Below are positions 50,401-58,857 of a DNA stretch of 64,000 nt, piece by piece; positions within the stretch are counted from its first letter, which is position 1; the number at the start of each line of letters is the position of its first letter. The stretch lies in assembly GCA_036499395.1 (NCBI GenBank), contig DASYDW010000063.1:5911-69910 (forward strand), given 5' to 3'. Both the position numbers and the translations under genes were made by a program. The notes beneath the pieces were generated by a model. The model was not told where the DNA came from. It saw only the letters and a list, made by a program, of their open reading frames with translations, and searched no databases. Source of the DNA: Pirellulales bacterium. GTDB lineage: Bacteria > Planctomycetota > Planctomycetia > Pirellulales > JACPPG01.

Positions 50401-50872
50401 CAAGCACAAGCCGGGTGACGCCGAGCAACTCACCAGGAAATTGTTCACGGTGCATGTGATTGCGGATTCCTCGCACGTCGTGGGCAAGCTGATCTTGTAT
50501 CCGTTCATTGTCGTGTTCCTGCTCTTTATCGCGCGCAGCCCGATGTTCGATTATCTGACTCTGGGCGCAGGATTGATCACGATATGGGTGTTGTTGCTTG
50601 CCGGAGCCGCGATGGCCAGCATCTCGATGCGCGTGACCGCGGCTCACACGCGTGACGGAATCCTGGCGCAGTTACGCAATGAATTGGCAGGATGCTCCGA
50701 CACGCGGCAATGCGACATGATCAAGCAGACCATCAAGGACATTGCCGACGAACAACAGGGGGCCTTCCGCCATTGGTCCAGCGACCCGGTCTTCGGTGCG
50801 CTTGTAATCCTGCTCGGCGGCGGCGGCAGCCTGGTGGCGATCGAGCAGTTGCTCCCCTGGATGCTGATGTAG
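47492..50872 (+). CDS. large orphan polytopic membrane protein (N-terminal TM, ~600-aa extracytoplasmic-looking alpha/beta region, ~8 C-terminal TMs)
   Basis: GTG start with AAGGGGG 6 nt upstream. The 1126-codon ORF has one N-terminal and about eight C-terminal hydrophobic segments. No catalytic motif recognised. Confidence 0.65.
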   Translation: MGENSGWSSTNVLLPGAIALALAITSYLTYEPTLTSVRPAARTVHGIPPPPTPDGMEAFYSRLWEDPLLTSYNNQTAKGDANAKDDAKPQPTYTAGPVPLNEDWDAAYKDTFTKILKKSHGSLLCVPVLVPGGPYADDGEARMRTRYAIQMGLARAGYELAFPMQMSYVDVPVTVDIDDVPVQVCAKRFRVPVKIFSFRSESKKDKGKNQPDFVVVLWINEDEAGSRLLNVVDQVVAALFRPKRRSESVRDQFRADREWRARMSVRVIGPSSSDGLRKIYLEQRSTHPHKTEPQIPLAGFRDPKIYSPRATISHDELEELVNEQLAIRQASSGNNARAEMKTATSVAVFPPIIRTIGDDNVLIEALIGELKRRNHWLPPPECDCKVAPTQPDDHYGAKRERTGDRQKGGAIVLVSEQDTLYGRTFSRLLDDRRPGHSLYRYSFFRGLDGAIPGDRAPAIESELHSLLDRAQHPVTSQDGDNEPRPTGKGQADYLRRLESKLVDLDDREWEHGIAAIGVVGTDQYDKLLFLRALRRQFPRAVFFTTDLDADFAHPSERLTTRNVVVASHFGLQLSSALQWDVPPFRDCYQTSTFFAALLALGPKAVDDLPESVKNNPWGEHGNSTDAEHLKPLVYEIGLDGPYQLTIPQGPYETDGQTQVQPDSPRSFLPSSRRLAALLMATVSLVMLLIVSFTWPRRLIRSERTKSFATFLVALGGMTIGFVTLFLVLWALELFDHHRDDGEPFSWNRGISLWPTILIQLLAGVTAFVLFLSSCNDLKKLRNHFWKWANPVLPKDSKPPTSGQAFRNMSWQERAAYVWDDVLTFNWHAQAADEIYSARKLCAEYVERSQWWHRMLRVVPQVALFVAFTICLFQITALPTRPFRGWLCYRASSIAILVALFSPVVLSFFMIDAMQLCRRYIRLLEQATPDWQNREFSDLMKARVFPSTGDDQQSANAELTPNDAEQKPSDGKHKPGDAEQLTRKLFTVHVIADSSHVVGKLILYPFIVVFLLFIARSPMFDYLTLGAGLITIWVLLLAGAAMASISMRVTAAHTRDGILAQLRNELAGCSDTRQCDMIKQTIKDIADEQQGAFRHWSSDPVFGALVILLGGGGSLVAIEQLLPWMLM
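50366..50428 (+). repeat. 3 x 21-bp in-frame tandem repeat (heptads TPNDAEQ / KPSDGKH / KPGDAEQ)
   Basis: Read directly from acgccgaatgacgccgagcaa / aagccgagtgatggcaagcac / aagccgggtgacgccgagcaa, inside a loop of the large membrane protein. Confidence 0.8.
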
Positions 50873-50908
50873 CGATCGCTCGAGCAACAGCGCCCAAAGC
50901 TGCCCGTG

Positions 50909-52507
50909 CTACGGCCGGCTGCGCCGGTGCTCGCGCAACTCGGCAAGCTCTTTTTGCATGTCTTGCACTTTCTCCGGCATCTGCGCTGCCAAATTATGTT
51001 TTTCGCCCGGATCGTCCGCCAGGTTCACCAGCATCGGCTCGCGATCGGGCTTGCCACCGTAGCCGGCCTGGCTGGATTGCAAAAGCTTCCACGGTCCGTC
51101 GCGCAGCGCCAGGACACCCGGATAGCCGCCCGTGTGATGCACCAGCTTGTCGCGCACGGCGCTGGGCTTGCCCAACAGCGCCGGCAGAGCGTTGTAGCTG
51201 TCCGGTGCTTCGTCGTCAGTCAATGTCCGGCCCAAAAGCGCCGCGCATGTGGCGAAGAGATCGACGTGGCAGATCAATTGATCCGAGACACCCACGGGCA
51301 CATGCCCCGGCCAGCGGGCAATGAACGGAACGCGATGGCCCCCCTCGAACAAACTCCCCTTGAAGCCGCGCCAGTCACCGTTGGGGCGCTTTGCGCCGAG
51401 ATCGCCTGCGGCCCCGTCCTGATAACCGTCATCGAGAACGCCGCCGTTATCGCTGGTGAAGATAACCAGCGTGTCCTTGGCAAGATCGGCGCGCTCGAGC
51501 GAGGCCAGGATTTCGCCCACCGATCCATCGAGCTGCATAATCACGTCGCCGCGCGCGCCGTGGCCGCTACGATCGGCATAGCGCGGGTGCGGGACGCGCG
51601 GCACGTGAATGTCATGCGTACAGAAGTACAAAAAGAACGGTCGATTGCGCTCGCGCTCGATGAATTGCACGGCCGCGCGTGTCAACACGTCCGCCATTTC
51701 GGTGTCGACCCACCGCGCGGACTTTCCGCCCGACATATACCCAATGCGGCTGATGCCGTTGACGATCGTATTGTCATGCCCGTGGCTGGGCAGGATCGTC
51801 ATCAGCTCGGGGTTGGCCTTGCCGGTGGGATCGTTGCCGATCGGCGTGCCGTAGCTGACTTGGATCGGATCATTTGGGTCGTAACCAACGACACGACGAT
51901 CCTCGACGTAAACACATGGCGTGCGATCGCCTGTGGCCGGCACGCCGAAAAAACTGCTGAAACCAATTTCGAGAGGGCCGGGCTTGATCTCGCGGTTGTA
52001 GTCGGTCTGGCCCGTGATGGTGCCGTCCGGCAATCGCTCGCCGCCAAGCCCCAGGTGCCACTTGCCGACGGCGGCGGCCTCGTAGCCCGACGCTTGAAAG
52101 CGTATGGCCAGCGTAGTCCCGGAAACCGGAATGCATAGCGGCGAGACGCCGCTTAAGATCCCTGCGGCCGGCTTGTGCCGCCAGGCGTATTGGCCGGTAA
52201 GCAACGCATAGCGCGTCGGGGTGCAGACCGACGAGGGGGAGTGCGCGTCGGTGAAACGCCGCCCCGCGCGCGCCAGCCGATCGATGTGCGGAGTTTCGAC
52301 CTCGGTCGCCCCGTAACAGCCCAAGTCTCCGTAGCCGACATCGTCGGCCAGAATAATGATGACGTTCGGTCTGCCCGATGGCTCCGCGAAACAGGCCTGA
52401 TTTACACCGCCGAATGACGAAAGTCCGCAAACCCAGCCAATGATTAGCAAAGTGAATCTGCCTAGCCAATATCGGACGGACGAGCTGATGACGGAATTGG
52501 AAAGCAT
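50909..52507 (-). CDS. arylsulfatase A-family sulfatase (formylglycine-dependent), secreted
   Basis: SSVCTPTRYALLTGQY (CxPxR), GKWHLG and N-terminal DDVGYGDLGCYG. The signal peptide follows the ATG at 52507. This ATG, unlike the upstream TTG at 52537, is conserved in the second copy of the 98-bp cassette. Confidence 0.92.
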   Translation of the reverse strand: MLSNSVISSSVRYWLGRFTLLIIGWVCGLSSFGGVNQACFAEPSGRPNVIIILADDVGYGDLGCYGATEVETPHIDRLARAGRRFTDAHSPSSVCTPTRYALLTGQYAWRHKPAAGILSGVSPLCIPVSGTTLAIRFQASGYEAAAVGKWHLGLGGERLPDGTITGQTDYNREIKPGPLEIGFSSFFGVPATGDRTPCVYVEDRRVVGYDPNDPIQVSYGTPIGNDPTGKANPELMTILPSHGHDNTIVNGISRIGYMSGGKSARWVDTEMADVLTRAAVQFIERERNRPFFLYFCTHDIHVPRVPHPRYADRSGHGARGDVIMQLDGSVGEILASLERADLAKDTLVIFTSDNGGVLDDGYQDGAAGDLGAKRPNGDWRGFKGSLFEGGHRVPFIARWPGHVPVGVSDQLICHVDLFATCAALLGRTLTDDEAPDSYNALPALLGKPSAVRDKLVHHTGGYPGVLALRDGPWKLLQSSQAGYGGKPDREPMLVNLADDPGEKHNLAAQMPEKVQDMQKELAELREHRRSRP

Positions 52508-52594
52508 GGGCCGTCTCACGGGATGTATGTCGGACAAGTTGTTGGAATTCGACGGTTAGTATCAATCGCCGCACGGCAAGGGTCAACGATTCAT
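52497..52594 (-). repeat. 98-bp promoter/leader/start-codon cassette, copy A (drives the sulfatase gene)
   Basis: 94 of 98 positions are identical to 58858-58955 in the same orientation. On the minus strand it contains TTGACC (52581-52586), a 17-nt spacer, GATACT (52558-52563), a ~50-nt leader and ATGCTTTCCAA. Confidence 0.85.
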
Positions 52595-53454
52595 GACAAG
52601 ACGCCGCAAAATGGACAGAAGACCACGAGCGCAGCCGGTGGCGCCCTGGGGGCCCATGTTGGAATTACGGCCCTCTTGGGCGTGAGCCCGCCGTTCGATC
52701 TGCAGTTCAGCGCACTGCTGGGCACGATTCACGGCGATGTGATCCTCGGTCATTCTGAGGCTCACCCTACCGCGGTGCCCGAGCCGAGCAGAAAGTTGGC
52801 TGGATGCGCAGCGGACAAAGGAGCAACGTGACTCACCGCTCTTAAACTACCGTTCAAGTTCCTCGCGAACGACGGAAGTCATTTGCAAATTTCTTGCCGA
52901 ATTTTCAGCGGAGCGGAATGTCACAAAGGCACAGAGCTGGGTCTGGACACTCAGCTCTGCGCCGTCCCTTAACGGCTCTCTCTCGAGTGTTGTTGTGGCA
53001 AGTGTTTCTGAAAGCTCGTCGCGACTTGTAGTTGGGCAACCACGGGTCGACGTTGCGAGTTGCCGCGAGAATTAACTCGCGGCGAAGCGTATATCGCCAG
53101 GCGGATCGAAGTCAGGAAATGCCGGGGGCGCGAATCGCGATTGAGCGATCGCTTCCGACCTGCCCCGCCGTTGAGACAGCAGAGTCTACAACATCCCAGA
53201 CAAGTGTGGAAACCACTTGGGTTTTTGAGCGTCCAATTTAACCACCGAGTTACGATACCGCGAGAATCAATCAGATACGCTCAGTTTGGTGTGCCGCAAG
53301 TAGACAAGCCGCGGCCGCCCCAGAAAGTCGTCATTTCTAGGATCGCGCCATCCGAGGAATGTTTCCTGCCTCGCATGCGGGAAGTGATGAAGTCGTCGCG
53401 TGACACTCATCGCCGCGCCAAGAGATTCCTGGAATCGTTCGACTGGGAATCAAT

Positions 53455-53817
53455 CTAGAAATGGCAGCCACTTCTCAAGTACAGTGCAACGGCGCCAGCG
53501 AGCACAAGTAAGATCGCTGATGGTTCAGGGACAGTCGTCGAACCGCCAGAAGTATGCAGCCAATTCGACGAAACTAATGCAAGATCCTGACCATGGGAAT
53601 GACCCCCACCAAGAGTTGCAGCGATTTTGTGCTGGCACGACGGATCTCCGCTTCGGTCGCGATGAGCGTTAGGTCGGTCAAGAGAGCGGCGCCGGGGGGA
53701 TCGACTTCTGACTTTAATAGCTCGCACGTGGCCGAGGGCTCGATAGCACGCCTCGCTCTGGCCGATCAGCTTGCTCAGCAGTATTGCTGAGGTTACGGAC
53801 AAGCTAACGACAGGCAA
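53455..53817 (-). pseudogene. C-terminal remnant of a dockerin-repeat / PEP-CTERM-anchored protein
   Basis: The ORF ends ...GQDLALVSSNWLHTSGGSTTVPEPSAILLVLAGAVALYLRSGCHF. That is the tail of a dockerin-type repeat followed by a PEP-CTERM sorting signal (VPEPS, TM, basic). The upstream part is Arg-rich nonsense. Confidence 0.55.
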
Positions 53818-53824
53818 TAATGTC

Positions 53825-54406
53825 TCAGCGTAATTCGCGAATTACCCGGACTGGATTGCCCACGGCCAGCACATTCGGCGGCAGATCATGCACGACCACG
53901 GCGCCGGCGCCGACCACGGTGTTTTCACCGATCGTTACGCCTGGGCAGACGATTACGCCGCCGCCGAGCCAGACGTTGTTGCCGATCGTTATCGGCTGAG
54001 AACCTTCCCATTTGGCCCGCCGCGGTCCTGCTTCGAGCGGATGGGTCGGCGTCAGTAGTTGCACGTTTGGGCCGATCTGCACGTCTTCGCCAATCGTGAT
54101 GCGGCCGACGTCAAGCGCCATAAGCCCGCAATTGGCAAATGATCGCGCGCCGACGAAAATGTTATAGCCGTAGTCGCAATAAAACGGTGGTCGGATCACG
54201 GTACCGGCACCAACGCTGCCCAGCAGTTCGAGCAGAATGCGATCGCGTTTACCTTGATCCTCGGCCGGCGTCGCGTTGTATTGGGCGAAGAGGTCCGCAG
54301 CGAGGTTTCCTTCGCGGATCAATTGTGGATCGTCACAGATGTACTGATCCCCGGCTAGCATGCGCTCGCGATTCGTTCGACCATCAGGAGTAAACCGTTT
54401 ATCCAT
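53825..54406 (-). CDS. maa: maltose/galactoside O-acetyltransferase-like hexapeptide-repeat acetyltransferase
   Basis: N-terminal Mac-type region (RERMLAGDQYICDDPQLIRE...FAQYN) followed by left-handed beta-helix hexapeptide repeats (NVWLGGGVIVCPGVTIGENTVVGAGAVV). Confidence 0.88.
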   Translation of the reverse strand: MDKRFTPDGRTNRERMLAGDQYICDDPQLIREGNLAADLFAQYNATPAEDQGKRDRILLELLGSVGAGTVIRPPFYCDYGYNIFVGARSFANCGLMALDVGRITIGEDVQIGPNVQLLTPTHPLEAGPRRAKWEGSQPITIGNNVWLGGGVIVCPGVTIGENTVVGAGAVVVHDLPPNVLAVGNPVRVIRELR

Positions 54407-55036
54407 GGCGACTGCTGCTAATGAATTGATGACTTGCTCTGTCGAGAACTTGGGCGTGTTCTGAGAACCATTTCCTTTAGGGTGATTACTCGCAGGAGGA
54501 TTTCACGGTATTGGCTCCCGTACGATCTTGCCCTTAGCGCCGCTAGTAGGAGTCGCTTGAGCATACTGTCGACGGTTTCGCCTTGCCATCGTTGTCTTTG
54601 TCCCTAGCGCGTCAAAGTGTAGCGCAGGACAACTTTGGCCATTTGCTTGGGCTGTCGATTCCTCGACCATCGGCCCTCGCAGTGAAGAGTGGTCACCACG
54701 CGTTTCAAATTGCGCAGGCATTTGTCGAGAGGGGCCTATCGAAGTCGGGGGACACACCCCGATCACACCGACCGAACACCGCTCGACAGGTTCTCAAGTC
54801 GAACTAACTGGACGCGATCATTGAGCGCCAAATGACACGCCCCTCTGGTGCGCTAGGGCAAACTGGAGACTCGTCTCAACCGCCTGCTCAAAATCTACAG
54901 CAAAATGGCCTCGCTCGATTGGAGCATGTGGCCTGTGCGTAGTATGCTGCACGCCAACGCCCCGGCCCAACCCGCCGCGATGGCTCACGAACCTGCGTTT
55001 TTCAACACTCACCATCTACTGCCACGATCTTGCGCC

Positions 55037-57637
55037 ATGTGTAACGGTCGCCGTATGATCATTCGACATCTTGCCGCTTGCATTTTGATCCTGAGCCTCA
55101 CTGCCGCCGGCTGCGGCAAATCGGCCAGCGAAACTTTTGAGGCGTCGCCTAAATTGCCAAGTAAGTCGGCCGAGCCCTCCGCGAACCGTGCCGATAACGG
55201 CGTCGGTGCGACACCAACGGGTACGCCAATCGACCCGACACCAGCCGGTTCGAGAATCGCCCCTGCCGCGCCGCCTGCACCGAAAGATCCGCCTCCCACG
55301 GCCGAACAAATCGCTCGCTGGACGCCACCGTCGTTCGAGCCGTTGCAACTTCTCGCCGTCCGCCAGTGGAAAAAGACGAGCTTCACCTCGCGCCTCGCTG
55401 CGGCGCTTGACGGCACCCACTACCTCGTTGCCGGTTCGCGCGTCTTGCTCTGGTCGCTAACCGACGACGCGCCCGAACACGTATTCCTCGATCATACTGC
55501 CGATGACACGGACCACGGGCTCAAAGCTATGGCCGTTTCACCCGACGGCAGGTGGTTCGCAGCCGGTGATTCGAAGGGCACATTGCGAATCTGGAGTCTA
55601 GAAGATCGTAAAGAGCTCGTCTCGAAGCAGCTCTACCGCAATGGCATCCAGCACATCGCCATTTCGCCTGATGTCACTGAGATCGCTACTATCGCCTACG
55701 ACAGCGACGTGACGATTTGGACCGCCGACAAGCTCGAGCAAAAGCGGAAGTTCGAAGTCACGTCGCGCGGTGTTGAGCGTATTGAGTACGTCGCCCCGAA
55801 CCTGCTGGCCGTTGCGGGCGAGTCCACGGCGATGTGGAACACCACTACCGGCGACAAAGCGCACGACCTGCCGGCCGGTCGCTACAACTTCGCGCTGGCC
55901 CGCACGCCTGACGGCGCGAAATTCGTCTACGGCGCGAATGAGGTGCTCAGCATCTGGGACATCGCCGCGGCCAAGCCCGACGCGATGATTATCCGCGGCG
56001 TCGGCGGCAACGTGTCGCTCTCCGTTTCGTCCGACGGCAAAACTCTTGCGACGACCGACGGCCGCTCAGTCGACCTTTGGAGTCTCTTGGACGGCCGACG
56101 CTTACAGTCGATGCAAGGATTCGGCGGGACAATCGTCGGCGTCAGTTGGCTGCCGACGACCAATCTGCTCGCGGTCGCATCCGACAGCGGCATCACGCGC
56201 ATTTGGGGGACGCCGGCCCAGGGCGAATCACTCGGCCTCAAGCCGCTCGACACAACGGTTGCGATGCCTGATGCCAATTCCAAAGATCCTGCTACTCCCG
56301 AGCAACTCCTCCAGGTCATCAACTGGCGCACGTTCCCATCGCTGCCGGAGAGCGTATCCAATGTGCAAAACCCGACCGATTTGAGCGGCGTTGCCCCTAT
56401 CGCCGTTCCTGAAGCCCGCGCGTTTTACCGTTACTTCCTGACGAAGGGGGGTTGGAGCGAATCGCCGCCAGACCCGAACAATTCGAGTTCGGTCGAGTTC
56501 CACAAGGGCGGTTCGACAATCACCGCGTACTTCTATGACGCCGGCGAGGGCAAGACGAACTTCAACCTTCACCACGCCGGCAATTTTGATGTGCGGTGGA
56601 CGCCAAAGGCTGACGCGGCGGCCATCAAGATAGTTCACGAAAACGCCGCATCGAGCTCGTATCGTGCGAAGGCCGGCATTCTGCAACTCGAGACATCGCT
56701 CTTGCGCAAACTACACGACGCCGGGTGGACGGCGTACGCGCGGCTCAACAGCTCCTTCCACGAGGAGCCCAACAAACGCGATTTCGAGTTCCTCAGAAAT
56801 GGGGCCACACTCCGCATCTCCATCGGCAAATTTCCTGACGGCACCGAAGAAACATACACCATTCAACAATCGCTAGTCTCGAACAACTCATGGGCGCCCC
56901 CTCCCCCGGACGCTGGCTTCATCGAGTTCGACGGCTCAACTGAGCCGATGCTGATCGCCATCACTAAAATGAACTTGTCTGCCGCGCGCGAGTTCTACGA
57001 CAGCGAAATGACCTCCCGCGGTTGGCTTACGCAAGAAATCGGCCGCTCGCTCCGAGACGAGCAAAACTGGCTCCGCTATCTGCGTGGCCAGTGCGACCTG
57101 ACGGTGAGCTTGACCGATTTGACCGATGGCCGCGTGTTGGTGCGCATCGGAAACGCCTCTGGCTCGATATGGGAGGCCGCACGGCATAAGAAAGACCAAC
57201 CAGAAGAGCCTGCAGCCGCCGGCCTCCAAGCCGCCGATTTCCCGCTGCTCAACACTACGAAGACGGGCAAATTTGACCCGCTCGGCAAGACAATCCAAGT
57301 GCAGCTCGACGGTTCGACCCTAGCCAACGCCGCCGAGGTCTACACGAAGGCGCTCAGCGAACTCGGCTGGAAGGCCGAGACAGATGGCATCCACGATGAA
57401 GAGTACACCTTTTTCCATTTCAACAAAGACGATCAAGAAATCTCGTTCCGCGCTCGCAGGCAAGACGGCGCGGCCATCGTGAGCTGCGACGGAAACGGCC
57501 TGCTTTGGACCAAGGAACTTCCCGGCGGCAAGCAAGTCGTGTCCTACGAAGCCTGGCTGCGCCAAAGTAAGCTGCCGCCAAGCTTGGAGTTTCTCGAGCG
57601 GTACGAAACAGAGATGAAGGCCATCACTGGTATTTGA
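55037..57637 (+). CDS. lipoprotein with N-terminal WD40 beta-propeller and four C-terminal ~100-aa repeats
   Basis: Lipobox-like LSLTAAGC. WD-type blades are present (GTLRIWSLED, SDVTIWTADK, VLSIWDIAAA, SVDLWSLLDG, ITRIWGTP). Four repeats with an FY/VYxxxLxxxGW signature follow. Start is 55037 or 55055. Confidence 0.75.
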   Translation: MCNGRRMIIRHLAACILILSLTAAGCGKSASETFEASPKLPSKSAEPSANRADNGVGATPTGTPIDPTPAGSRIAPAAPPAPKDPPPTAEQIARWTPPSFEPLQLLAVRQWKKTSFTSRLAAALDGTHYLVAGSRVLLWSLTDDAPEHVFLDHTADDTDHGLKAMAVSPDGRWFAAGDSKGTLRIWSLEDRKELVSKQLYRNGIQHIAISPDVTEIATIAYDSDVTIWTADKLEQKRKFEVTSRGVERIEYVAPNLLAVAGESTAMWNTTTGDKAHDLPAGRYNFALARTPDGAKFVYGANEVLSIWDIAAAKPDAMIIRGVGGNVSLSVSSDGKTLATTDGRSVDLWSLLDGRRLQSMQGFGGTIVGVSWLPTTNLLAVASDSGITRIWGTPAQGESLGLKPLDTTVAMPDANSKDPATPEQLLQVINWRTFPSLPESVSNVQNPTDLSGVAPIAVPEARAFYRYFLTKGGWSESPPDPNNSSSVEFHKGGSTITAYFYDAGEGKTNFNLHHAGNFDVRWTPKADAAAIKIVHENAASSSYRAKAGILQLETSLLRKLHDAGWTAYARLNSSFHEEPNKRDFEFLRNGATLRISIGKFPDGTEETYTIQQSLVSNNSWAPPPPDAGFIEFDGSTEPMLIAITKMNLSAAREFYDSEMTSRGWLTQEIGRSLRDEQNWLRYLRGQCDLTVSLTDLTDGRVLVRIGNASGSIWEAARHKKDQPEEPAAAGLQAADFPLLNTTKTGKFDPLGKTIQVQLDGSTLANAAEVYTKALSELGWKAETDGIHDEEYTFFHFNKDDQEISFRARRQDGAAIVSCDGNGLLWTKELPGGKQVVSYEAWLRQSKLPPSLEFLERYETEMKAITGI

Positions 57638-57675
57638 TCTGCTGGTGCCGCCTTGAACTTTGAATACTCAGATGC

Positions 57676-58619
57676 TCACCACGGGCGCCGGTTCCGGCCG
57701 CGGCAGCCCGCGACGTTGAGCCAATCGAAATCGCCGTCTTCGCCTGGTGTCGAAGGCATATCTTCGATCGCAGCTGGTTCATCGAGGGCGATCAGGCCCC
57801 CCAAAGATGAAGCTAGGCGATCCACGGCCTGCGCATGAGTCGTGATTGCGCTTGCTGCGGAATCTGGTACTGGCGCGATCGCCGGCGCGGCGCCGAGCAC
57901 TGTTTTTGCTCCCTTCGAGACACTCGGCACATTCCACGAGTCACGGACGGTAATCGCGGTGCTGCTGATACTCGTCGGCCCGGCGGCGATGTCATTATTC
58001 GTTGTGGGGCCGGCGCTTGGCACGGCAGATGGCTGAGTGATGCTGTTCGCCGTGGCGGCGACGATCGTAGAGGCGTTGACCGTTGCCACAGGTTTGACCT
58101 CGATCACAGATGGCGATTGAACGCTCACGAGCGACTGTGCTCCAGCCGACGACGTCGTCGTTTTCAACCAGTTAGAAGAGATCAGGGCAATGTCTTGGGC
58201 ATTCACAATTCCATCACTGTTCACGTCGCCCGGATTGTTCGCTCCGGTTTGCAACCAGCGAGATGAGACGACAGCAAGGTCCTGCATGTTGACAATGCCA
58301 TCGTGGGTGAGATCGCCAGGCGGCAGGCTTGTTCCATTGAGTTGGATCGCGGGGCCGCCGATGGCACGAATCTCGTTGTTCTTCGCCAGGTCGTTGTCTC
58401 CTCTGCCGCCGTCGATGAAGTGCAGATAGAGATTGCCGACATTCGCCATCCCAGTGCCCGTCGTATCTGGTAACTGGCGGGAACGCCGTTAAAGGATGGG
58501 CTGATCGAGAACGAGCTAACCCAGGTTCCACCGATTATTTGATAACTGCCTGGCCCAGCGGCAACGAAGCTGTTATTGCCAGGGCCACCGAGCATCAGCC
58601 CACCACGGCTGGCAATCAT
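57676..58619 (-). pseudogene. dockerin-repeat (EF-hand-like DxDGxVNxxD) secreted protein, apparently frameshifted
   Basis: Two dockerin-type repeats: GDLTHDGIVNMQDLAVVSSRWL and GDVNSDGIVNAQDIALISSNWL. The N-terminal part (58221-58619 frame, ...SFNGVPASYQIR) continues in a different frame (DTTGTGMANVGNLYLHF...) near 58450-58470. There is no signal peptide on either piece. Confidence 0.55.
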
Positions 58620-58857
58620 CGTCGCGCCGATGTCAAGCAGATTCTTGAAGGTCCGCTCGAAGTGCAGTTCGACGACGTCGGCATTTTCGACTGACGCCGC
58701 TGAACGACAATCGCTAGGTCACTGCGCCCCAACTTGCTTGGCCTTGGCAACTGTGATGACCATATCGTGCATACTCGATGCGCAACAATTTAAGCGTGGC
58801 CGATGAATCCATGCCATTCCAGAACTAGATTCAAGCCCCCGTTCAGTCGTATCCCGC

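Noticed and set aside
50906-52138. 410-codon plus-strand ORF, and the 238-codon minus-frame ORF at 51870-52586
   Set aside because: They overlap the sulfatase gene, which has the CxPxR and GKWHLG motifs and a signal peptide. The alternative frames have no motifs and an Arg/Ala-rich composition.
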